From: an uncultured Candidatus Saccharibacteria bacterium
GTDB lineage: Bacteria > Patescibacteriota > Minisyncoccia > Phycocordibacterales > JAACPR01
Direction: 5' to 3'
Assembly (NCBI GenBank): GCA_964401885.1
Contig: CAYOAC010000003.1
Span: 1-42,516, forward strand
Length of the DNA: 42,516 nt
The notes beneath the pieces are model-generated. The model made no database searches. It was not told where the DNA came from and saw only the letters and a list, made by a program, of their open reading frames with translations. This document shows positions 1-7,462 of the stretch, piece by piece (within the stretch, counting starts at the first letter, position 1; each line of letters begins with the position of its first letter). The translations under genes and the position numbers were made by a program.

Positions 1-60
1 TAGTCATTAGTTGCTAATCTATCAAAAGGGCCATATGTGTGTACACATTACCTCTTATTA

Positions 61-88
61 TTGACATAACATCTTGTCGTGTTAAAAT
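61..88 (+). promoter_or_regulatory. candidate sigma70-type promoter of a short transcription unit upstream of the ABC exporter
   Basis: TTGACA at 61-66 and TAAAAT at 83-88 with a 16-nt spacer. A hairpin terminator follows at 226-254. Confidence 0.35.
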
Positions 89-225
89 GCAACCACATGA
101 ATTACAACATGATACAACCAAATACTTCAATAAACGCATCACTTAATGGTGTGGGTATTCCTTTTGGATATATTAATTTTAGTGTTGTGGCGTCATAAGT
201 ATTTAACTCTTATTTTTGAATATTT

Positions 226-254
226 AAAACGCCATACCACAAGTATGGCGTTTT
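226..254. terminator. intrinsic terminator hairpin, bidirectional shape
   Basis: AAAACGCCATAC-cacaa-GTATGGCGTTTT: an 8-bp GC-containing stem flanked by an A-run and a T-run. Confidence 0.6.
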
Positions 255-303
255 AAATTATTAGTTCTTTACAATTCACAACCAACCCGTAGAAAACACG
301 CAT

Positions 304-2169
304 ATGAAAGAAGAAGTGGAAAGAAAAGCACCGCAGAATCTCGGAGAATATCTCCAAGGGACCAAAGAGTCCTTGGCAGTATTCAAGTGGATTTATGTGC
401 ATGTCGTTACACCTCAGAGTTTGAGGTTCATGAAATGGATGATGGTCAGTATCGTATTCATGATTATCATGCAAACGGTACAACCCATTGCTGTAAGTTA
501 TATCTTCAATGGTCTTGCAGGACACAATGCTGATATGACCAAATGGGGCCTAGGAATATTTTTCCTTGCTCTAATGGCTCAGAAGATTACACAGCGAAAG
601 TATGATCGTTCACGAGAATATGCTTTTGGTCTGCATTGGGAAGAACTCGACAGAATCGTGACCAAGCTGTTTTGTGAGAAATCACTTGCACAGCATTCGA
701 GTGAGTCGAGTCTCCTTTCGCCCACGACGATTGAAAAGGGAAGAGTGAAAGCAATGGATCTGCAACGGATTTTATTTTTCGATGCATTTCCTACTCTTCT
801 TCATCTTCTTTTTTCATTCGTATTTCTCTGTATCCTTAGTTGGGTTGCAGGTCTGATTATGCTATGCGTCATTATTATGTACGCCGGCTGGTCACTGTAT
901 CTCAATAGTCAGGTAAGTAGAACATGTACTCCTCTCGATAAGCGATTTCGCAGATTGAGTAGGAGAAAAATCGAACGCATGGAGCACATTGAACGAGTGA
1001 AAGTTTCTGCCAAGGAGAATCGTGAAGTCCAAGAGCTTGCTTCTGAATTTTCAGGCATACTTAAGGATGATCGTAATTTCTGGTTGTACTTCATCGATGT
1101 TGCATTCTTGCGTTCGATGGTAAACATTCTGGGACTGGTTCTCATAATGGTTTGGGGTGCCTGGCTCGTATGGAAAGGAAGTCTGAACATTGGACTATTG
1201 TACCCACTCTATGCTTGGGCGATGAGGGTTTCTGAAAATGTCTGGAGGTTTGGTGATATCGAATTACAGATAAATTGGAATATTCCCGCCGTCCAATCAA
1301 TGATCAAAGGAATATCTTTAGTGCCATCCATCGTGGATCATGAGAATGCTGTAGAGATAAACTCTGCTCCGCATTTGATTGAATTCATCGATGTTTCTCA
1401 TACTTATCCTGTTAGTACAAACGAGATTGAGTCTCCTCCTGCAATTCAAAAAGTGAGTTTCACTATTGAGAAAGGGGAAATAGTTGCATTGCTTGGGCCT
1501 TCGGGTGCAGGTAAATCAACTATTATGAATGCGCTTCTTCGTTCGGATGATCCGACCGAAGGGGTTATCAGGATAAAGGGCATAGATCTTCGCAATCGTA
1601 CACAAGCATCTTGGAAGTCACTCATTGGATATATACCTCAACAGGCTAAGATTTTTACAGGGACTATCAGGTACAACCTGACGTTCGCGTTGTCTGATGT
1701 CGAGAGGGAAACTATTACTGATGAACAGTTATGGGAATTGATGCGATTACTTCAGATTGATTTTGGTGAACGTCTTACCGACGGACTCAATACTCTCGTT
1801 GGTAAAAATGGCATTAAACTCTCAGGTGGACAGGCTCAACGTCTCATGATTGGAGCTGCGGTGATCAAAAAACCACAGCTTCTGATTATCGACGAAGCAA
1901 CATCAAGTCTCGACTCTACGACTGAAAAGCTTGTACAACAAGGGCTTGAAACTGTTCTTTCTAAAGGAGATACAAGTGCTCTTATCGTTGCTCATCGTCT
2001 CAGTACGGTTCGCAATATGTGTGATAAGTTTGTAGTGCTTAAGCCAATGAGTCTTGTACAACCAGATGAATCTCAGGTCGAAGCCGTTGCCCGATCGTTC
2101 GAGGAGCTGTATAAGCTTTCTCCGACTTTCAGACAATTGGCAGATGATCAAGGTTTAGTCATTGGTTAG
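304..2169 (+). CDS. ABC exporter, fused permease and ATP-binding domains (MsbA/type I exporter-like)
   Basis: 621-aa ORF. Walker A GPSGAGKST, ABC signature LSGGQAQR, Walker B LLIIDEATSSLD. The N-terminal half has multiple hydrophobic helices. Confidence 0.9.
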   Translation: MKEEVERKAPQNLGEYLQGTKESLAVFKWIYVHVVTPQSLRFMKWMMVSIVFMIIMQTVQPIAVSYIFNGLAGHNADMTKWGLGIFFLALMAQKITQRKYDRSREYAFGLHWEELDRIVTKLFCEKSLAQHSSESSLLSPTTIEKGRVKAMDLQRILFFDAFPTLLHLLFSFVFLCILSWVAGLIMLCVIIMYAGWSLYLNSQVSRTCTPLDKRFRRLSRRKIERMEHIERVKVSAKENREVQELASEFSGILKDDRNFWLYFIDVAFLRSMVNILGLVLIMVWGAWLVWKGSLNIGLLYPLYAWAMRVSENVWRFGDIELQINWNIPAVQSMIKGISLVPSIVDHENAVEINSAPHLIEFIDVSHTYPVSTNEIESPPAIQKVSFTIEKGEIVALLGPSGAGKSTIMNALLRSDDPTEGVIRIKGIDLRNRTQASWKSLIGYIPQQAKIFTGTIRYNLTFALSDVERETITDEQLWELMRLLQIDFGERLTDGLNTLVGKNGIKLSGGQAQRLMIGAAVIKKPQLLIIDEATSSLDSTTEKLVQQGLETVLSKGDTSALIVAHRLSTVRNMCDKFVVLKPMSLVQPDESQVEAVARSFEELYKLSPTFRQLADDQGLVIG

Positions 2170-2197
2170 ATTGAATTGGTGGTGTGAATATATATGG

Positions 2198-2228
2198 CCG
2201 ACGAATCCAAAGGATTCGTCGGTTTTTT
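2198..2228 (+). terminator. intrinsic terminator after the ABC exporter
   Basis: CCGACGAATCC-aaa-GGATTCGTCGG followed by TTTTTT. Confidence 0.8.
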
Positions 2229-2268
2229 ATTTGTAATTTGCGCTACGCCATACTCAAAAATATAAATT

Positions 2269-2277
2269 TGGTATACT
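2269..2277 (+). promoter_or_regulatory. extended -10 box (TGgTATACT) 6 nt upstream of the ATG; leaderless-type promoter
   Basis: TG at 2269-2270, TATACT at 2272-2277, ATG at 2284. Confidence 0.45.
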
Positions 2278-2283
2278 TTATTT

Positions 2284-2559
2284 ATGAAAACAATAGAGAA
2301 AAAAGTGTGGCCAGAATACTTTCAACAAATTTTAGATGGTAGCAAGACATTTGAATTAAGACTTAATGATTTTGATATTGAAGAAGGAGATACTCTGGTT
2401 TTGAAAGAATGGAGTCCTGATACTAAAGATTATACTGGGCGTATTTTAGAGAAAAAAGTTGGATATGTAGGAAAATGGAAAATTGATGATCTTACTGTCT
2501 TTTGGTCTAGAGATAGTATTGAAGAGAAAGGATTACAAATTATTTCTTTAAAAGATTAG
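2284..2559 (+). CDS. ASCH/DUF3850-like small protein
   Basis: 91-aa ORF. The N-terminal KKVWPEYFQQILDGSKTFELRLNDFDIEEGDTLVLKE matches the ASCH/DUF3850 pattern as I recall it. Confidence 0.55.
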   Translation: MKTIEKKVWPEYFQQILDGSKTFELRLNDFDIEEGDTLVLKEWSPDTKDYTGRILEKKVGYVGKWKIDDLTVFWSRDSIEEKGLQIISLKD

Positions 2560-2583
2560 ATTATAAAAAATATTTAAATATTA

Positions 2584-3012
2584 ATGTCATATAATTACAA
2601 AAAAAATAAAATCGTAGCCATAATTGCCGATGGAATCGAACATTGGCAAACATTAAATGTGCTTGGGCATATGTCTATTTCTCTAGGTGCGAATAAAGAC
2701 GAAGATTTAATGGGAAGAGAAATACTAACTGATAAATCTGGTTTTAATCATAAAGGAATTGCTCGTTTCGGTTTTATTATCAAAAAAGGGACATTTGAAG
2801 AAATTAATCAACTTGTCGAAAAGTTGAAAAACTCTCCGGGGATAACATTAATCGATTTTCCTCAAGAAATGCTTGATACAAGACATGATGATGACTTGCA
2901 CGAATCTATGCAATTAAAAGAAACAAAAGATTTTAAATATCTCGGGTGTTTACTATATGGTTCAACTCAAGAGATTGATGAGCTTACAAAACAATATAAA
3001 CTATGGGGTTAA
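2584..3012 (+). CDS. DUF2000-like protein (PTH2-like fold family)
   Basis: 142-aa ORF. The pattern KIVAIIADGIEHWQTLNVLGHMSISLG...D..G..H.GI resembles DUF2000. Recognition is from memory only. Confidence 0.4.
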   Translation: MSYNYKKNKIVAIIADGIEHWQTLNVLGHMSISLGANKDEDLMGREILTDKSGFNHKGIARFGFIIKKGTFEEINQLVEKLKNSPGITLIDFPQEMLDTRHDDDLHESMQLKETKDFKYLGCLLYGSTQEIDELTKQYKLWG

Positions 3013-3027
3013 ACGATTGAGAATATT

Positions 3028-3036
3028 TGATATACT
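3028..3036 (+). promoter_or_regulatory. extended -10 box (TGaTATACT) 6 nt upstream of the ATG
   Basis: TG at 3028-3029, TATACT at 3031-3036, ATG at 3043. Confidence 0.45.
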
Positions 3037-3042
3037 TTATAT

Positions 3043-3444
3043 ATGAATAAATTCTTTACTTATTTCTTTGTTACATTGGGTGTTATATTTTCTTTAATAC
3101 TTTTATTTGTTGTTTATTTTTTTATCGTTGATCCATTTAATATAAGACCTTTTATATTTGGTGGAGAAAAAATTAATACTAAACAAGATGTTAATGTTGA
3201 AAAAAACACAAATACAAACACAAGTACGAGTACTGGTACAACATCTAGCAAGCCTTTCTTGACTGATGATCAGAAAAAAACTCTAGCAGGTTTTGGAGTT
3301 GATCCTGCATCATTACCTTCATCAATTACTCCAACTCAAGAAGCGTGTTTCAAAACAAAATTAGGTCCATCTCGTTTTGCTGAAATATCAGCTGGTGCTT
3401 CACCTTCAATTGCAGAATTCCTGAACGCAAAATCGTGTTTGTAG
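3043..3444 (+). CDS. membrane-anchored hypothetical protein with a Thr/Ser/Asn-rich linker
   Basis: 133-aa ORF with an N-terminal hydrophobic helix (FFTYFFVTLGVIFSLILLFVVYFFIV) followed by NTNTNTSTSTGTTSS. Confidence 0.55.
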   Translation: MNKFFTYFFVTLGVIFSLILLFVVYFFIVDPFNIRPFIFGGEKINTKQDVNVEKNTNTNTSTSTGTTSSKPFLTDDQKKTLAGFGVDPASLPSSITPTQEACFKTKLGPSRFAEISAGASPSIAEFLNAKSCL

Positions 3445-3461
3445 TATGGTATTATTGTTGT

Positions 3462-3815
3462 ATGTCAGAAGAATATAAAATACCAGATCCAAAATATTTG
3501 GATTCTGCAAATGGGGCAGAGAATATCGATACTGTTGAGCTTATGGCGGAATGGGTAAAAGATTTCAATGATCTTAAAAAATTAGGTGCAGTTGGTCTTG
3601 GTACTGGTCAAATAGTAAGTTTCCAACCATATGGACGTTATGAAGAAGGTAGACAGACAGGTAATGTTAGGATTTGGGAAGAAGATCCAGATCTTATAAC
3701 TATAAACTTTATGGGAAGTAAAGTGGGAATCCCATATCCAGACAATGAAAGAATTACTCGTGGAAATTTTGATACAAGGAAAGATGTTTTAAAGATTAAA
3801 AAAGATACCAACTAG
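3462..3815 (+). CDS. hypothetical protein
   Basis: The ORF is open from a GTG at 3435. The first ATG at 3462 (MSEEYK...) is preferred. No motif recognised. Confidence 0.45.
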   Translation: MSEEYKIPDPKYLDSANGAENIDTVELMAEWVKDFNDLKKLGAVGLGTGQIVSFQPYGRYEEGRQTGNVRIWEEDPDLITINFMGSKVGIPYPDNERITRGNFDTRKDVLKIKKDTN

Positions 3816-3889
3816 TCTTTGAGTTTGGATTATCTTGCATCATAAAAACTTTAATCTAATTAATTGTCTTTATATAATAAAATTTTTTT

Positions 3890-4606
3890 ATGAAAGAATC
3901 ATACGAATTTAATTTGGCTGAAAGAGAGAGTGCAATTGCAAGCTCTCAAATCTTAGAAGAAAAAGAAAACGTGACAACAGAAAAAACTGAATGTCCTTAT
4001 GATTTAAATAAACCCTATCAGGTTACCAACCCTGATACTATAATTGCGGGTAGTCAAGAAGCTTACGAAAATTTTTTTGATGCATTAAAAAATAAATATT
4101 TTGATTTCATGTATGAAGCTGAAATGATACTTCAAGATTTTCAACCTTTACCTAGAGATTTTTTTGATGATCAGGTAGTTCATGTTATGAGTTTGGAAAA
4201 TTACAGAATACTGGAAGATGACGACTATTTCGGCGATAACAAAAATAACGGCGGTGTTTATCTACAAACAAAAGATTCCGTTGTATTACCAAATGATGAT
4301 ACTTTCAGCGAAGGTAAAATGATCGTAAGACTATTTATAGATACTGATACTTTGTTTGGTAAAGGTAGAAAAATTTTTATTGATGAAGAAAGTATTACTG
4401 AGATGCCAGAAGAATATAAAAAATCATTTTTCATGTATGGTGGTATCCCAAGATCTGCGATTAAGAAAATTCAAATTATCAAAATGGGTAAACCAAAATT
4501 TGTTCAAGAACAAATTTGGGGTAATTATAAACAAAGAGAAAAAGAATATTTTCGTAGACTACAATCGGTAAGAGATAGGTTGAATAAAGTTGCTCATACA
4601 TCTTAA
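3890..4606 (+). CDS. hypothetical protein
   Basis: 238-aa ORF. TATAAT at 3873-3878 lies 11 nt upstream of the ATG. No motif recognised. Confidence 0.5.
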   Translation: MKESYEFNLAERESAIASSQILEEKENVTTEKTECPYDLNKPYQVTNPDTIIAGSQEAYENFFDALKNKYFDFMYEAEMILQDFQPLPRDFFDDQVVHVMSLENYRILEDDDYFGDNKNNGGVYLQTKDSVVLPNDDTFSEGKMIVRLFIDTDTLFGKGRKIFIDEESITEMPEEYKKSFFMYGGIPRSAIKKIQIIKMGKPKFVQEQIWGNYKQREKEYFRRLQSVRDRLNKVAHTS

Positions 4607-4629
4607 GAGAGTTAAGCGTTGAAACTTTT

Positions 4630-4638
4630 TGATATAAT
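4630..4638 (+). promoter_or_regulatory. extended -10 box (TGaTATAAT) 7 nt upstream of the ATG at 4646
   Basis: TG at 4630-4631, TATAAT at 4633-4638. This argues for the ATG at 4646 rather than the TTG at 4619 as the start. Confidence 0.5.
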
Positions 4639-4645
4639 CAAATTT

Positions 4646-5170
4646 ATGAAATTAGAAAATAAAATAGCGCTTATAACTGGTGGCTCAAGCGGAATAGAAA
4701 AAGCTATTTCTCTTTGTTATATAAAAGAAAAGATTAACAATGTAAAAATTTACATAAAAATACATTTCTCGGGTAGTTATGTTGATTTTATTTTATTGAT
4801 AATATCTGCATTTTATATATTTAGGAATCCTTTGTATACTTTTGAATATATTTTTTGCCTTTCTATTTGGATTTTTGGTGTAATTTTTTGGTTGTGGTCA
4901 CGTATTCAATTAGGAAATTCATTCTCTATTGTGCCTAAAGCAATTAATCTCATTCAATATGGAATATATTCAAAAATAAGAAATCCTATGTATTTTTTTT
5001 CTTTTATAGCTGTATTGGGAATGGCTTTTTATTTAAATAACTTTATTGGTTATATTTTTCTAATGGCATTATTTGTTGTTCAATTTTTAAGATCTAAACA
5101 AGAAGAAAAAATTCTTAAAAAAAAATTTGGTGTTGATTATAATAATTATAAAAAACAAACTTGGTTTTGA
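4646..5170 (+). CDS. ICMT/PEMT-family membrane methyltransferase-like protein carrying an SDR-type N-terminal remnant
   Basis: The C-terminal half has IQLGNSF...YGIYSKIRNPMYFFSFIAVLG (ICMT/phospholipid methyltransferase pattern). The first 22 aa, MKLENKIALITGGSSGIEKAIS, copy the TGxxxGIG start of short-chain dehydrogenases with G changed to E. Confidence 0.6.
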   Translation: MKLENKIALITGGSSGIEKAISLCYIKEKINNVKIYIKIHFSGSYVDFILLIISAFYIFRNPLYTFEYIFCLSIWIFGVIFWLWSRIQLGNSFSIVPKAINLIQYGIYSKIRNPMYFFSFIAVLGMAFYLNNFIGYIFLMALFVVQFLRSKQEEKILKKKFGVDYNNYKKQTWF

Positions 5171-5180
5171 TTATTTAAAT

Positions 5181-5726
5181 ATGTCTTATTGTCACTTCAC
5201 CAAAAATAATACAGACCCCAAAAAGATTATTCATAATATATATCATGATACCCAATATGGTTTTCCTATTCATGATGATAATGAAATATTTGCAAGATTA
5301 ATACTCGAGATAAATCAAGCAGGATTGAGTTGGGAAACTATTCTTAAAAAAGAAAAAAATTTTAGAAAAGCTTATGACAATTTTGATATTAAAAAAGTCG
5401 CAAAATATTCAGAGAAAGATAGACAAAGACTTATGAATGATATTGGAATTATTCGTAATAGATTAAAAATAAATGCTGCAATAGAAAATGCTAAAACAAT
5501 TATTCAAATACAAAAAGAATTTGGAAGTTTTGAAAAATGGCTAGAATCTCACCATCCAAAATCAAAAGAAGAATGGGTTAAACTTTTTAAAAAGAATTTT
5601 AAATTTACCGGTGGTGAAATTGTAAATGAATTTTTGATGAGTATTGGATATCTCGAAGGGGCACATATTAAAGAATGTTCAGTATATTCTAAGGTTTTAA
5701 AAAAGAAGCCCACGTGGATGAGATGA
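5181..5726 (+). CDS. tag: DNA-3-methyladenine glycosylase I
   Basis: YHDTQYGFPIHDDNEIFARLILEINQAGLSWETILKKEKNFRKAYDNFD and IIRNRLKINAAIENAK match the Tag family. The start is taken at ATG 5181, after the upstream stop. Confidence 0.85.
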   Translation: MSYCHFTKNNTDPKKIIHNIYHDTQYGFPIHDDNEIFARLILEINQAGLSWETILKKEKNFRKAYDNFDIKKVAKYSEKDRQRLMNDIGIIRNRLKINAAIENAKTIIQIQKEFGSFEKWLESHHPKSKEEWVKLFKKNFKFTGGEIVNEFLMSIGYLEGAHIKECSVYSKVLKKKPTWMR

Positions 5727-5741
5727 ACGAAACTTATTTTT

Positions 5742-5750
5742 TGCTATAAT
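5742..5750 (+). promoter_or_regulatory. extended -10 box (TGcTATAAT) 8 nt upstream of the ATG
   Basis: TG at 5742-5743, TATAAT at 5745-5750, ATG at 5759. Confidence 0.5.
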
Positions 5751-5758
5751 AAAAATAT

Positions 5759-6271
5759 ATGAAAAAGATACCTTTCTTGTTAGCTTTGTTTATTGTTGCG
5801 GCTTTTACAATTATATTTGGTTGGTTAATTATTAATTCTTCAAAACAACTATTTGTTGAAATGCCTATTTTTGTAAAAACAAAAGAAATAATAAAAGATA
5901 ATTCTGTTAATAATAAATATGTGAGTGGGTGTCAGAATTCTGATAATGAAGACATGTCTAATGACCTTGATCTTATTGTGGAGGAGATTGGCAAAAAACA
6001 ATATTGTTTTCAGGCTGTAGATTTGGCTGAAGATTGTGCTTGGGGTGCTGCTGCTGATATGCAAATTACTTCGGTTGCTTCGACCATTTGTATGAAAGAA
6101 TTTGAAAAAAATAAACCTTCAGAAAAATTAAATTCTCAACTTAAGAACATGCAATCTTTATGTGATGAAAATTATAATAAACTTGAAGGAACAATGTATC
6201 TATCTGCTAACGCTTTTTGTTGTTTGAATGCTTTGGAGTGGGTAAATAATATTTCATCGATATCAGAATAA
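5759..6271 (+). CDS. signal-anchored Cys-containing protein, possibly LprI/DUF1311-like
   Basis: 170-aa ORF with an N-terminal hydrophobic segment. The spaced Cys residues in the C-terminal helical part give a weak resemblance only. Confidence 0.4.
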   Translation: MKKIPFLLALFIVAAFTIIFGWLIINSSKQLFVEMPIFVKTKEIIKDNSVNNKYVSGCQNSDNEDMSNDLDLIVEEIGKKQYCFQAVDLAEDCAWGAAADMQITSVASTICMKEFEKNKPSEKLNSQLKNMQSLCDENYNKLEGTMYLSANAFCCLNALEWVNNISSISE

Positions 6272-6295
6272 TATAAGATTTAAATTTCATTTTTT

Positions 6296-6304
6296 TGCTA
6301 TAAT
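6296..6304 (+). promoter_or_regulatory. extended -10 box (TGcTATAAT) 6 nt upstream of the ATG
   Basis: TG at 6296-6297, TATAAT at 6299-6304, ATG at 6311. Confidence 0.5.
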
Positions 6305-6310
6305 TAATAA

Positions 6311-7330
6311 ATGAAAATAAGTAATTCAATCTTTTTGGGATTATTGTTGCTAATCGTACTGGTGGGTGGTGGTTTATATTTATATATAGAAAAGAATTCA
6401 ATAGGTATTTATAATTTTGATAGTCCAAATATTGAGAAGAGGATTGTTGTCGATAATAAAACAGATTCTTTAAATCCTGTAATTGGCAAAGATATGGATG
6501 AAGATATGGCCGGTTATCATGCGATAAAAATGTTTATAAATACAGGTAATACAAAAATTCCAGAAGTATGTTTAAAATATGAAGTTCGAGAAAAATTTAG
6601 TCATTCTATTGTTTTTGATATTCTAGGAGTCTATGATAATTATTTTTGTAAAGATATTTCAAATAAAGATAAGCTAATTGGAAAAGTTAAAGTCGACACT
6701 TTGAATGCTAAAACTTACTTATTTGATAATTTTACTCAAGAATTTAATGTCCTAAAACTTGAAAATTTTCCTCCAATGTTTGATAAAATATTTTGTGAAA
6801 ATTTAATTAACAAGACACCAACTGAAAGTTTTATCTTATTAGGAAACAAAAATAATTCAGGATATTGTCCAGTAAATGTGAGTTCTGATGTGACCCTGTT
6901 GTTTTCATTTGAAAACATATCTTCAAGTTCTACCGACCCTGCTTTTGTTTTGAATATTTATGATTCAAATAAAGTTTTATTGCAAACTTTACCTATAGAA
7001 TATAATTGGGAGATTTCTCCAATTACGATGAATATACATGACGATATAAATTTTGATGGATATAGGGATTTATTGTTGAGGGTTATGGGTATACGTTCAT
7101 CACAATTTACATACTATAGATATAATCCATCTTTAAAAATTTTTGAAGAAGACGAGGTTTTATTTAGTATTTTTCTTCCTACATTTGATATTAATAAAAA
7201 AACGATTTCTTCGACGGCTGATACTCCAAATTATTATTGGGATGATGAAGGGAATCAAAAATATTACACTCCAGAGGAACAAACTACAGTATTTAAATTT
7301 GAAAATGGTGAATATAAGATTTTAGATTAA
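6311..7330 (+). CDS. secreted or membrane-anchored hypothetical protein
   Basis: 339-aa ORF with an N-terminal hydrophobic segment (IFLGLLLLIVLVGGGLYLYI). It contains a DINFDGYRDLLL element reminiscent of FG-GAP-type Ca-binding loops. Confidence 0.5.
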   Translation: MKISNSIFLGLLLLIVLVGGGLYLYIEKNSIGIYNFDSPNIEKRIVVDNKTDSLNPVIGKDMDEDMAGYHAIKMFINTGNTKIPEVCLKYEVREKFSHSIVFDILGVYDNYFCKDISNKDKLIGKVKVDTLNAKTYLFDNFTQEFNVLKLENFPPMFDKIFCENLINKTPTESFILLGNKNNSGYCPVNVSSDVTLLFSFENISSSSTDPAFVLNIYDSNKVLLQTLPIEYNWEISPITMNIHDDINFDGYRDLLLRVMGIRSSQFTYYRYNPSLKIFEEDEVLFSIFLPTFDINKKTISSTADTPNYYWDDEGNQKYYTPEEQTTVFKFENGEYKILD

Positions 7331-7374
7331 ATAGTATAGATATCTCTTAAGCTATTTTGAAAGTAAATTATGTT

Positions 7375-7403
7375 TTGACAAATTATGTTTTTAATGTTAT
7401 TAA
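7375..7403 (+). promoter_or_regulatory. sigma70-type promoter, TTGACA-17-TATTAA
   Basis: TTGACA at 7375-7380 and TATTAA at 7398-7403. The leader to the ATG at 7463 is about 55 nt. Confidence 0.5.
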
Positions 7404-7462
7404 CATATCTGAATACATTGAAATAATAGGTAAAAACAAACAAATAGAAAGACAAAAACGAC

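Noticed and set aside
14-139. 41-aa Cys-rich minus-strand ORF (MRLLKYLVVSCCNSCGCILT...)
   Set aside because: It has no promoter or SD on that strand. The only promoter-like element in the region points the other way. It is too short to evaluate without conservation data.
253-525. 90-aa minus-strand ORF overlapping the 5' end of the ABC exporter
   Set aside because: It is antisense to a gene with strong motif support. It has no motifs, promoter or terminator of its own.
3190-3250. ACA/AAT-rich repetitive DNA as a possible tandem repeat element
   Set aside because: It lies in frame within the 3043-3444 ORF and encodes a Thr/Asn/Ser linker (NTNTNTSTSTGTT). This is coding low complexity, not a separate element.
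4356-4571. 71-aa plus-strand ORF
   Set aside because: It is nested in another frame inside the longer 3890-4606 ORF. It is Lys-rich and AT-driven, with no start signals of its own.
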